From a virus (taxonomy: Duplodnaviria > Caudoviricetes): a stretch of 64,000 nucleotides of DNA. A program made the translations under genes and the position numbers. The stretch covers positions 17,232-81,231 of IMG/VR virus record IMGVR_UViG_3300009085_000025; one strand, written 5' to 3'. Under the pieces are notes generated by a model. It worked only from the letters and a program-made list of their open reading frames with translations. It ran no database searches and was not told the DNA's origin. This document shows positions 43,080-54,531 of the stretch, in pieces. Every line of letters begins with the position of its first letter. Position 1 is the stretch's first letter.

Positions 43080-43923
43080 TATTTCCTTTTTTTATTGACA
43101 ACGAATAATTGAAACTTCAATTCGAGCGTGAGCATCCTTATATCTTACAATTCCACCATTTTCCCAAACGGAAATCATTGCCGATTGAATATTTGGCTTA
43201 AAATCATTGAGTTTCAATTCGAATGGATTTTTATTTCTACAATCCATGCATAAATTTTCTGGATAAACATATAGTTCCATTTTTATACCATCTTCTCTTC
43301 ATTCTCAAACAAGTCAATTTCATTATAAATCATGTTGCGAATTGCGCGAATTTCGTGTGATGTTAATTTTACAACCTTTTCCAGCCTTTCAATCAACATT
43401 TCCACCACAATTCTTGGTGAAAAATAACAGCCAGTAGAAGTATGTTTTACTTCATCATAACATCCACAAAATCCAGTGGGTGAGTACGCACATTTACCGC
43501 CATCTTCTTTTTCACGAAAAGTATGAACCGCGACATCTGATAAATAAACAGAATACGGATAAAGTACCGCTTGAGTCTTGATTACTTTTCCGCTTCGCGC
43601 AAGAATTATTTCAAAATATTTATTCTTGTTTTGTTCACTCGGATATGAGCCATATCGAATAAAATTTGTGTCCATTTTTAGCAAGCCTCCAATACAATTT
43701 CAAAACGAAATCCACGAAACTTCACGAAAGTTTTTCCGTCATCACATCTTTCTATTTCTACCATCTTTCTTCCCGTACTATCAACATCTTTGCTGTATTC
43801 ACCGTTATAAATTTTCCCCAGTGTAAGAAAATCTTCCATTTTACTATCATCAATACATTTGAATTTCATTTTATTTGTCCTCTTCTTGTTTGAGTTTCCA
43901 TCCATGAGATTGTTCCAATTTTA

Positions 43924-43974
43924 GATTAATAAAAGCCACCCATAAAAAATGAGTAGCTTTGATTAATCCCCCTG
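43924..43974 (-). repeat. junction hairpin, family C (imperfect)
   Basis: GATTAATAAAAGC...GCTTTGATTAATCCCCCTGA. Confidence 0.6.
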
Positions 43975-43981
43975 ATTTTTA

Positions 43982-44233
43982 TTAGAATGTATTTAGATAA
44001 TTTGAAAAAATATAGAACAAAGTAAGCGCCGTTGTCAAAAATGCGATTTGCTTTTTTACTGAGTGTAGCAATCCTTTTGACGGTTCTTTTTCGTGCGTAG
44101 AAAACGGCATGGAACCTTTTTCATTTCCATAAATATCATGACCACCGGGAGTTCTTTTCCATTTCAGCCCCCTATCTTCTGCAACTCCCCTTAAATCCTT
44201 CCATGATTTTGCGTTATCCAAATTCTTTTTCAT
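43982..44233 (-). CDS. HicA-like (dsRBD-fold mRNA interferase) protein
   Basis: WKRTPGGHDIY...PFSTHEKEPSKGLLHSVKKQ matches HicA G.H...vP.H...GtL.sI.Kq pattern; short hydrophobic tail. Confidence 0.55.
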   Translation of the reverse strand: MKKNLDNAKSWKDLRGVAEDRGLKWKRTPGGHDIYGNEKGSMPFSTHEKEPSKGLLHSVKKQIAFLTTALTLFYIFSNYLNTF

Positions 44234-44882
44234 GATTTTACTTCCTCAACTTTCAGAGCTAAAGTAAAATCCTTGCCATACTTAAGACCTTGCGCCTGAA
44301 GATTTTCCAGCAGAAAATCAAAAAGCGCATCTGATTTCTTTTCTGACAAAGTAAGAGAAATTTCAATCGTGCGAAGTTTCTTTTCTACGGTTTTCTTGTT
44401 GGATTTTTTCACAATTTTTCTCCTTGTTTTTAGTTTGTTATTTTTCTATCACATTCTACTAATAACGTAATCAATTACTGCTTTTGTACGTTGGAACATT
44501 CCTAGAATTTCCACGTATCTATCACGCTTATTCCTGAGTTTTTCCACCTGATAAAAATTGAACCACAATTCTTTTTTTACTTCAATTTGAATCATGGTAT
44601 CAGATATTGCTCCACGCAGGATAGAAATTGAAATTTCCAAATCGTCAAGGTATTTCTTGTAATCCGTTCCATATTGCAGGCTCGTGTCAACGTGTGCAAT
44701 CAAAAGCCCCAAGTTTGACATAGAATGATATGATTTTGACAAATTCCATCCTGCGTCATCCTTGTATTTATTTTTCAATTGCACGGTGTCAAGATATAAA
44801 CTCATCAATTTTTCATTTTTTACATCGTGAATTGCACCATCGATTTTTTGCATTTTATTATTCTCCTGTTTTTTGAAATAAA

Positions 44883-44934
44883 ATAACTCATATCTCTTGA
44901 TGAAATCAACATTTCATCAAGAGAGTGAAAGCCA
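44883..44934 (-). repeat. junction hairpin, family B
   Basis: ATAACTCA + 14-bp IR TCTCTTGATGAAAT/ATTTCATCAAGAGA; TTGATT at loop 18 bp from TATTTA. Confidence 0.7.
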
Positions 44935-46278
44935 TTTTACTTTTTAGATATCGATTTGCCCCTGATTTTCGTCCACAAATTTTGCCATATAATTTTTATG
45001 GTTCTTCTCACCACGAGATAGATTGTGTTTGTGGTTGAAATTCTTCTTGGAAGCCTTGTGTTTTCCACCAACAATTTTCTTGATTCTTCGAAGAATATTC
45101 TTTTTTCCAAGCTGGCGCACGTCAATATATTCACGAAAATGCCCCTTCTTAATTTTCGGGTCAACAATCACAACTTTTGGTTCGACGGTTTCACCAGTTT
45201 CGGTATTGCCAGAAATAACTTCTTCAAATTCATCGGTAACAATTTCGTTCTCAGTATTCATTATTATTTTCTCCTTGATAAATTTTTACTTATTCAACAG
45301 CAGGAAATAAACACCCGCTAATGACCAACAATTCTTGAATTTTCCGCTTGAAATAGCAGAATGTTTTTCACGCAAAAATGATGTTTTACTTGTGAATGAT
45401 TTTAGCATATTTCTCCTTATAAAGTATAGAAAAGTCCAGATTCCAAAGCCGTGATTGCATTTCTCATATTTTCTGTCAAACAATCACTATTCATTTTCAT
45501 TGTTGAAATTTCCATTGGATTTTCAAAACACCATTCAACACATTCTTCAAAAAATAATTGTTTCATTTTATTTTCCTTCCAAATATTCAATCAATTCATC
45601 TTCACCAGCCGGATTGATAATCAAATCAGAGTCGTTCATTTTGCACTCTCCTTCAAATATTCTTTGAGTTTATTTAGGTTTTTATATAGAACATATAAAG
45701 ACGGAAAATTCAAGCTTTGTCTAAAGTTTTGAGAACAAAAGTTTTCTCTTATATGTTTAAATTGAGAAAGAGAAACGTGTGCCCAACCATCGACGCCATC
45801 TGTTTTATCATTCCATGGCGCATATGATATAAAAATTTCACCAGTTTCCACATTTACAAAACGTTTGAAATACATTTTTATCTCTCCTTAGTGACCGTAA
45901 TTACAGCCAATTTTTGCCATTTGATTTCCGATGAAAATATTTTCATCCATAAATCCACAACAACCTTGTTCTTTTTGTTCAAGGTAATCATAAAATTTAT
46001 TTGAGAATTCATCATATTCTTCATCGGAAATTTCACGAAATTCATCTGCGCCAAACCAAAATGGTTGCCAACAAAATCTCAAATTATCCATGCAATCATC
46101 TTCATGCAAAATATCGCGATACCCTTCTGCTTCTTCAATTGTGTTGAAGTGTTTATAAAATTCCCCTTGAAATTCTACATCTGGAAGAATTCTGAAACAA
46201 TTTGGGCATGTTCCATTTACTTCACAATCTTCTCCATCATGACAAATTACGCAATCCATAATATTGCTCCTTTTTTAT

Positions 46279-46336
46279 ATTATAATTCACTCAAGCCAAT
46301 TTGTCAAATTTTCACCTGACAAATTGGATGGAACTG
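46279..46336 (-). promoter_or_regulatory. promoter overlapping junction hairpin
   Basis: TTGACA-17-TATAAT; 11-bp IR CCAATTTGTCA/TGACAAATTGG includes the -35. Confidence 0.8.
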
Positions 46337-47214
46337 AATTATAAAATATTGTTGTTTATTCAATTTCCACGATGAAAAGTTTGTTTTCTACGATGTAATT
46401 CACGGCGTCCAAATTTGCCGCTGACAAATCGTAGAAATCACCATTCTTTTCAAATAACCATCCTGAAAATTGGGTGAAACCTTGTTCTTGCAATCGTAAA
46501 ACCACTGATTTGCTAGGATTCTTGCTGAATGTAAACATATTATTTCTCCTTTATATAATTTGATTGAAATGTTATTGTTTGATTAATTTTCCACAGAATG
46601 CTTCTGTCTGTAAAATCGCGGCATCCTTGCCCACATGCGTACTTTTACTGACAAAAACATCATTTTGAAATCTGATTTCAGAGCCCCACAATTTTCCTTC
46701 GATGTGCCAGATTTTTACGATATATCGCCCGTTCTCAGAAATATATTTTTCTTCCATTTTTTCTCCTATAATTGTTTTCCACAGCAACAACAAATTTTTC
46801 TGTTGTTTCTGGTTACAAAATATTGTACCATTTTTTTACAGAATGCACACCACTTTGGGTCGTTCATTTTACTGCATATCCCAAAGCTACACCAACCAGA
46901 AAAATTAAAACGTAGGTGATGAATGCGCTAAACATTTGGAACCTCCTTTTCAAGATTAAAATGTGCACGAAGCAATGTAAAAGCCGTGTGATAATCCCAA
47001 CCAGACACAGAATATCTTGAGGTTTCATGATGGATTTTTTTATCATTTCCATCATATTCCATGAATGAAATTCCACGAAAATTCTTCCAGATTTTCATAC
47101 AATACTGGTGTCCATTTGTTGCATTGTACCATAGCTTCAACCCCATATATTTTCCGCACGTTCTATATTTTGGATTTTCCATATATTTTCCTTTCATAAT
47201 ATAATTTATTCAAG

Positions 47215-47265
47215 TCAATCTACAAAACCGCTCCCGAAGTTTTGTAGATTGAATGGAATAGAATT
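47215..47265 (-). repeat. junction hairpin
   Basis: 14-bp IR TCAATCTACAAAAC/GTTTTGTAGATTGA + TGGAATAGAATTA flank shared with 46330 and 47504. Confidence 0.65.
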
Positions 47266-47890
47266 ATTATTCTTTCCAATTCCAAATTCCAGCAAAAACT
47301 CCCTCTGAAGTAAATTTAAAACCAACCTCTGCTTCTGGAATTCTTACAGAAAAATTTCCGTCTGTTTCTTTTTTCCACAGAATTGTAACTTCTTTCCAAC
47401 CATCACGATGAATTGAAGCATGGTCTTGATTGATAATGGAATTTATAAATTGTTTTACGTTATCTGGTAAATTTGCAAAATCTGTTGACATATTATTCTC
47501 CTATGGAATAGAATTATCCGATTAAAAATGCGCTATCGACACACATATAATCAACATTTTCAAGAGTTCTTAGATAATCATATTGTTCTTTTGTAATTTT
47601 GATTGTCGATTCGTTTACAACCATGGAAAGCACTGTCTTGTGAACGAACATTTTTCCATTCCTCAAAACTTGCAGATAATATTTTAGTTGCATGATTTAT
47701 TCTCCTTATATTACGACTTCACTGTAAATGTTGTACCATCCACCCCACGCAAATTCTGCAATGGTCAATAATTCACAGAATTTTTCATAGGAAATTTCTT
47801 CGTAAATTTCCACTTCTGGATTTTCTTTTCCAGCATACAATCGACCCCATTTTGATACAAAATATTTTTCATTTTTCTTATTTTCGTCAT

Positions 47891-48247
47891 TCATTGAATA
47901 TCTCCTTTTTTCATGGATATAATTTCCATCTGACGTATTACTGTTTCACCTTCTTCTTTAGATTCTACCGAAATTCCGGTATATTGAAAACCAATTTTCT
48001 CGTAAATATGTTTTGCCACATGATTATTTTCATCCACCCATAATATCACTTTTTCCTGATTTGTCAAATCGAAAAATTCCCCCAACATTTTTTCACAATA
48101 TCGATTTCCACGAAACTCTGGAAATATTTCCAAATCCCAAATCGTGTTATCTACAAACAGGAAATCTCCAGCATATTTTTCAGCGGAATCATAGTAGCAA
48201 AAAACAATTCCATCTTCTTCTGGCTGAATTTCAGATTTTTTTATCAT
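47891..48247 (-). CDS. GNAT acetyltransferase
   Basis: IFPEFRGNRY (V.P.yRG.G motif A), LWVDENN..A..IYEKIGF. Confidence 0.75.
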   Translation of the reverse strand: MIKKSEIQPEEDGIVFCYYDSAEKYAGDFLFVDNTIWDLEIFPEFRGNRYCEKMLGEFFDLTNQEKVILWVDENNHVAKHIYEKIGFQYTGISVESKEEGETVIRQMEIISMKKGDIQ

Positions 48248-48267
48248 ATTATTTTTCCTGTTTTAGA

Positions 48268-48317
48268 TTTATAAAAACACTCAAATCATAAACTTGAGTG
48301 TTTTTATAAATCCCCCT
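48268..48317 (-). repeat. junction hairpin, family C
   Basis: 17-bp IR TTTATAAAAACACTCAA/TTGAGTGTTTTTATAAA + TCCCCCT. Confidence 0.75.
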
Positions 48318-50244
48318 TGATTTTATTACCGGAATTTTTCTGGAGTATTTCCACTCCATGTGTGATTTGCTCCATCAACTTCATATGAAATTGTAAACCA
48401 AAGATGCGATGGTTTGAATGGTTTTTGGTCAATTGAATATCCGTGAAAATACGGAGTGTCTGCAAATTTCTTGCGAAGTTGTTTTGCAACCTGAATTTCC
48501 GTTTCATCTTCATAAACAATTGTGGCAATTTTTTCAGCCATTGCAATCGGAGAATTTTCCACTCCAATTGAAATAAAGACAGTTTTTGTTTCCATGGTTT
48601 TTTCCTTATCTTATCCAGAAAAAATCATTCTGGATGATTGTTTTCAGGTAGAATTTTCCACCTGATTTTTTGCAACTTTTGAACGTTCCATCTTCGATTG
48701 AATCTCGCTTGGCTAGATAAAACGCCCTAGCCGATTCAAACTCAAACACTTTGAATTTCATTTTTTTTGTCATATATATATATCTCCAAATAAAATCCAC
48801 CATATCCATCATCATCTGGTTGTTCATTCCAAGCAGACGCAAAAATTCCGTCTGCTTTTGCTTCTTCTATTTCTTGTTTCCAATCATCGTAATCATCAAA
48901 AGATTTAATCTTTGTTTTTACGACAATTCTGCCATTCGTATATTTTGGCATTTTTTATCCTTTCATGAGATAAACTTTGAGAAAATATTTTTTGCCACTT
49001 ATCCACGCAGATACAAAAATTCTGTCAACTTTTGCATCGCCTATGGCGATTTGCCATTCTTGATAATTATCAAATTCCACTTCTTCTGTATCATATGGAG
49101 TCATGATTTTTTACCTTTTGCTTTCCCTGTTTTCCACGGAGAATTCTCGTTCTTTCTTGACGAGTATATCCCAGGGAATCTAGGTATTTTACTGCTTCCT
49201 TTATCTTCTTTTCAGAAAGCAATTTCCACAACTTTTCAAAGTTTGTTTCCATTTATTTTTCCTTTCGTAATATTTTTATATCAACTTGCAAAGTTTGCCA
49301 CTGATTTTTTCAGTGGCATAATTTGAAATTTGATATTGTTTATGCAAAAATTGACAGGATGAAAATTTCCTCGGCGCAACATCCGAAAACTCGCGCTGAA
49401 GATAATTTTTGTGAAATTTCCACGGCATCAAGATTGAAATACATCTTGATATAATGTCGTAATCGTTCTTGATTCATTTCGATTCTCCTCAATTGTTAAT
49501 TCGATTCCATCTGTCATCGTACCAGTATGTCACGGTTCCACCAGAATTCAAAACCATGTTGATAATATTTTGAACATGGTGTTGAAAATCCCGAATGGAA
49601 ATCTCAGAATAATGCTTATTTTTCGAGAGTTCCTTCAACTGATTGTGAAAAACTTTTAATTCCATATTTTATTGAGCTCCTTGGATTTTTCTTCCATATC
49701 AGACCAGAAAATTTCCTCAGCCAATTCCCAATTTGCGTCATCTTCATCTTGCCATTCTTCCACCTGAAGATTTGAAAAACGCGGGTCTTGTTGCATTAGC
49801 GCCATGATATTTTTTGCATCATCTTCATCATAACACCATTCCTGAATTCCACCTGATTCTTCATGGAATTCATCTGTTTCATTTTTAAAATTTCCTGAAA
49901 CAAAATGCGTAGCTCCCGCCATCGTCAAATTCCTGAATTTATATTCCATATATTTTCTCCTTAATTTTGGGTGATTGTTATCGTGAGATTTTCAGCATCC
50001 ACGAACAAAATATTGATGTCGCTGAAATGAATAAATGAGCCGTTTTCGCTCAAAATTTCATAGTGGGAATTTCCCTGTGTATCTAGGTTTCCAATGAAAA
50101 GAACTGTCACGCGATACACGGGATAACATTCCATCATATTCATTTTTACTTTTACGCATTTTCCACGCAACTCACTCAGCACGGAATTTTTCTTGAGACT
50201 AACAACTTCATTATTCATTTTGTTTTTTTCTCCTTATATCAAAA

Positions 50245-50299
50245 TTTACGTTCAAAGCCTATCCACAAAAAAATTTGTGAACAGGATTTGAATTTCAAT
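50245..50299 (-). repeat. junction hairpin, family D copy 1
   Basis: TTTACGTTCAAAGC...CACAAA/TTTGTG...GATTTGAATTTCAA. Confidence 0.7.
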
Positions 50300-50645
50300 T
50301 ATTTTCTTGTGGATTTGGAAGTGGTGAAATATCTGCATTTGCACACAGATTATAATTCCAATACAGCCATTCAAAATCCTCCAGATAATCTTCGTATGAT
50401 GCGCCATTTTCTAGATAAACTTCAGGATTGTCAATCATAACCATTGTTTCAACATCCCATTGATTACAATTTTCCACCACTGGAATTTCCACAGGTTCGG
50501 AAATTTGTGGCGCTGTTTCTTCCACAATTACAACAATATTATGCATGTTGTTTTTGGGATTATCGTAATCGTTTACTGTTTTTGTTTTTTGCGCGTATGG
50601 ATGTAGTGACCACCAAATCGCAATTACTGACATCAAAAGATTCAT
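50295..50645 (-). CDS. secreted/membrane-anchored acidic protein
   Basis: N-terminal hydrophobic segment, two Cys. Confidence 0.5.
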   Translation of the reverse strand: MNLLMSVIAIWWSLHPYAQKTKTVNDYDNPKNNMHNIVVIVEETAPQISEPVEIPVVENCNQWDVETMVMIDNPEVYLENGASYEDYLEDFEWLYWNYNLCANADISPLPNPQENN

Positions 50646-51069
50646 TTTATTTTTTCCTCAGAAAATTAGATTACTTCAATATCCAGATACCAGTTTTCTA
50701 TCTTGGATAGATATTCATATTGATTATCGGAAAGATGAATATAATCATCATAAATATTTTTTACGACGAGAATTTGCCCTGCGCTTCCACCGAAACCTGA
50801 ACGCAAAGTTCTTACTTTATCTCCGATAGAGGGCAATTTTTCCCTGAATGAATATCGCCTATATTCTTTTGCGACTTCGGGATATCGTTTTAGTACATAT
50901 TCTGCAAAATCATCCATATTATTTCTCCTTATATTTTTTTATATCTGAATATTGAAATTTCCCCCTGTTGATTTTTACGCAAAGGTGAGGACGACACGAA
51001 TTAGAACGTAGATAATATACGAAACGCCGGATATTAAAAACAGCTTCATGATTTTCTCCTTCTATGAAA

Positions 51070-51124
51070 TTTTACGTTCAAAGCTCACCCACAAATTTCT
51101 TTGTGGGTGTGATTTGAATTTCAA
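51070..51124 (-). repeat. junction hairpin, family D copy 2
   Basis: same flanks as 50245 copy, different stem CCCACAAA/TTTGTGGG. Confidence 0.7.
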
Positions 51125-51493
51125 ATATTATTTCGCATCGTAGCGAAATGTTGATTTCGAGCTTTTGTTTTCTCCGCCTTTGACGTTGACGAATTCATTT
51201 TTTCCGTTGACCAAAAGAAAATCAAAATCAACCACGGCATATTCTTTCACTTTGCCATTATCAAAATTCAGGCGAATAAAGCCATCCATTCTTTTTTCAA
51301 TTTCGCTTTTGTCGTTCCAAGTGTACTGGCTGGTATTCTCGCTTAGGAAAAATCCCATTTTCCACAGAAAATAGGCGCACCACAGAGATTTGAAAAGTTT
51401 CTTCAAATCATTTTTCCGGTGAAGATACGCGAAATACAAAGCCTTCATAAATTTGTTCATTTTATTTCTCCTTGTGATTTTTGATATAATTTT

Positions 51494-51522
51494 ATTCTAA
51501 CAAAATAGAAACATTTTGTCAA
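51494..51522 (-). promoter_or_regulatory. sigma70-type promoter
   Basis: TTGACA-17-TAGAAT. Confidence 0.7.
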
Positions 51523-51924
51523 ATTTTGTGGCAAAAGAGAGAATTGAACTCTGTATATCATTACCCTTGTGGGCTATTCAACCATGAATATTTTTCAGAT
51601 ATATACACTTTTGCCATGAAATAAAATTTCCCCCTAAATTCCTCTAGCTCCACGGATTATTCAAATCCCATTCAGCCATGTGATTGTGTTCCCAATCGTA
51701 ATAATATTCCCAACTCCAATTTTCGGGAGGGGATGAAAAACCCTGCCACATGGATTCAATTTGCATGGCGGTGATTCCCCATTTTTTCAAGCAGGATTTT
51801 TCATAAAATTCCTTGCGCCGAATTTCACGATTGGATGAAAATTGTTCCTGTCGTTCCTTGCGCCGTGCTTCTTTCTTTGCTTTGTGTGCATCGTTCATTT
51901 CAAAATCTCCTTTTCAAAATTTAT

Positions 51925-51982
51925 TTCCAAAGAAAACCCACAAACTAAATGCTTGTGAGTTTTATTTGAAAATTCCCCCTGA
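51925..51982 (-). repeat. junction hairpin, family C (imperfect)
   Basis: CAAAGAAAACCCACAA/TTGTGAGTTTTATTTG + TTCCCCCTGA. Confidence 0.6.
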
Positions 51983-52320
51983 ATTTTCTTACTGACAAAT
52001 TCCCCACGGAAAACAACCTGAAACCAGATACGGGAAATTTCCAATCCCAAAACTCCCATCTTCGAAGATGTGGACGTAATCAGGAAAATTTCCCAACAAA
52101 AACACCAACGCAATCAAAACGAAAAGAAGTTTTATTTTCATTCTTCCTCTTGACAATTTGGACACTTCATTTTTTCCAATTTGCATTCTTGCGTTGCGGC
52201 TTCCATATCATTTTTTGCTTCAACTTCATGTATACAGAAATGCTCGCAAATATGAAAAACTACAATCTTCAACATCTTATTTCTCCTTATGAATTTTCCA
52301 CTTGAATTTGCATTCAAATG

Positions 52321-52380
52321 TTTTTTATATCACTTAGTATATATTTTGTGTGTACTAAGTAATATAAAAAATCCCCCTGA
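52321..52380 (-). repeat. junction hairpin, family C
   Basis: TTTTTATAT-C-ACTTAGTA/TACTAAGT-A-ATATAAAAA + ATCCCCCTGA. Confidence 0.7.
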
Positions 52381-54043
52381 TTTTTTCTTACTGAAACGGC
52401 GCGTAGACTTGGATTAATTCCCAATCAATCACGTCTAGCGTAGTTTTTTCGATATTTCCGTTAGTGTAGAAAATATTCCACTTTCCCATTTCTGAAACAC
52501 AGGCATGTCGAATTTCCGTGAATTCCTTTCTTTCACCAATATGGTGAATCTTGTCATTTGTCTTATTGAAAGCAAAAACGCAGGTAAACATTTTTTATTT
52601 CTCCTTTGCAATCCATTCTTTCAAAATTTCCACGGCTTCTTCTGGTGATTTTCCATTCAATTTCTTGGAAATCATTTCATAATCCACGTACCATTTTTCT
52701 TGAATTTTCATATAATGTTTTTCTTTTTCGATAACCGTTTTGCAAACATTCCTCATTTTGATTTTTTCATCTTCCGACAATTCGATGCCGTGCCAACAAT
52801 CCACGGAAATAAATTCCGTTGGATGGATAAAACAATTAGCAACATTCATAAATTGCACAACCATCACATCATCGCGCCCGTAGCGAAAGTTTACCAGTTT
52901 TCCATCTTTGAAGCTACAATGATTGTTGCCAATATTGCTTTCAGTTTTTCCGACATAATACTTTTCGATGGTTTCCAAAAATTCCTCTGGACGATTATTC
53001 ATCATCACAGAAAAAAGGTCAAAATTAATTTCTTCTGTCGTTGTCTTTTTCATTTGATTTTTCCTTATCTGTAACAATTGCAATTTTCCGGCAGTTGTCC
53101 GCAACAATCCAAATGTTCTGATGCGGATAATTCACATTGATTTTTGATTGCCAAGAATGGAATCACCACCAAATATTCATCATTCAAAATTTCCACGAGC
53201 ACATCTTCGGCATCCAAAATTTCCGCCTGAAATTTCCACTCGTTTTTCAATTCACCCATGAATTTTTCAAAATCGGAAATGTTGACTCTTGCCACACTCC
53301 CATTCAAAACTGCTTTTACTTCATTTTCAAACATTTTTCAATACCTCATTTCTTTTGTGATGTATCAATCATTGCTGATTGAATTTGATTTTTATATGTC
53401 ATTCATACATCAATATTTTTTTTATGAATATTGATGTATGATGAAACACATAAAATAAATTTTATGTATTTCCTTTGCTCGTCCAATGCCCTAAACTTAG
53501 AAGTATTATGCAGTAAAGCCTTTGTTTTCGTGAAAATTTTATGAAGTCTATAAAAATCATTTTTCATAAAATGTTACCAACCACGCTAAGTTAACTGTGT
53601 GTTTATTCGCATGATATAAAATCTTTTTTGAGCGGATTAATCCTAGGCTCTAATTCCTCAATAGGGAGAAATAAAACAGGCGGTGATTAACTCTCAAAGG
53701 TATTTTACTTTTCTACGCTTTATCAGCAGTAAAGTTGCAGTAAAATATTCTATAACACACTCACAAACTTTTTATTGTAAGCGGATACCGTCAATAGAAT
53801 TTAATCTATTAACATTTGAACGAGTTCTATTTAATTATTAATGTACATATAATTAATACTGAAAGCATTAATTATAAAACAAAGTTTATAAGATTGGTGA
53901 ATTTTATAAATTTTATTTTATAATCAAAACTCAAAAACCAAAATTTTATTTTCTATTCAGATAATTTTTACCTTTTTTATCTAGACCAATGGATAAAAAA
54001 GATAAACTTTATCTACGATAATTTTTATCTTTTTAGGCAATAG

Positions 54044-54079
54044 GAAATAGAGCCGTGATTATAATCACGGCTCTATTTC
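54044..54079. terminator. 36-bp perfect palindrome after 54103..54531
   Basis: GAAATAGAGCCGTGATTA/TAATCACGGCTCTATTTC. Confidence 0.7.
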
Positions 54080-54102
54080 TATTTAATTAGCGGGCGAGTC
54101 TG

Positions 54103-54531
54103 CTATGACGGATTTGCGAGTGTCATCAGCACATCGTTATACTGCGGGCGATTCGCTTGTGGGATACTGGATTCGATGCGTTCGGTTTTGGAGAGTAATT
54201 CAGCAATACGGCGATTCGCGTCCGTTTGTATGCGGGCGATTTCATCCGCATTAATTTTGACCTGAAAAGCGCGTTTTAAAATCTGTTCGTCTGATAATCC
54301 AGACTCGCCGCTTGTGATTACTGCGTTAACGTTCGGGATTTTGGATTCGAGCAAATCCAATTCTTGAGAAATATACTTCTCAACTTTCGCAATTGTAGCA
54401 AGTTTCATGTCACGAGTTGATTCTGTTTCAGGAAAACGATTCGCGGTCTCATATCTGACAAGCAATTTCTTAAGTGTTGCACTCTGTTTCACTTTCAATT
54501 CATTGATGCGGTTGATAATTTGGGTATTCAT
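54103..54531 (-). CDS. coiled-coil hypothetical protein
   Basis: 142 aa, RBS AAGGAG, own terminator. Confidence 0.65.
   Translation of the reverse strand: MNTQIINRINELKVKQSATLKKLLVRYETANRFPETESTRDMKLATIAKVEKYISQELDLLESKIPNVNAVITSGESGLSDEQILKRAFQVKINADEIARIQTDANRRIAELLSKTERIESSIPQANRPQYNDVLMTLANPS

Larger units (their letters stand above)
21950..54531 (-). other. array of about 90 small co-oriented ORFs (early/host-takeover-like region)
   Basis: Mostly 60-290 aa, many acidic, nearly all preceded by AAGGAGAAAA-type RBS, interspersed with hairpin/promoter elements. Confidence 0.8.

Noticed and set aside
23016-44934. Family B hairpins as integron attC sites (AAC...GTT on the minus strand)
   Set aside because: AAC is present in only three of seven copies, the GTT side is GTTATTY rather than GTTRRRY, and there are no L-box extrahelical bases. 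The GTTAT is better explained as the start of a -10 element.
21950-54531. CRISPR or TIGR-like array
   Set aside because: No constant-length direct repeats with regular spacers; the elements are separated by whole genes and no Cas or Tas genes are seen.
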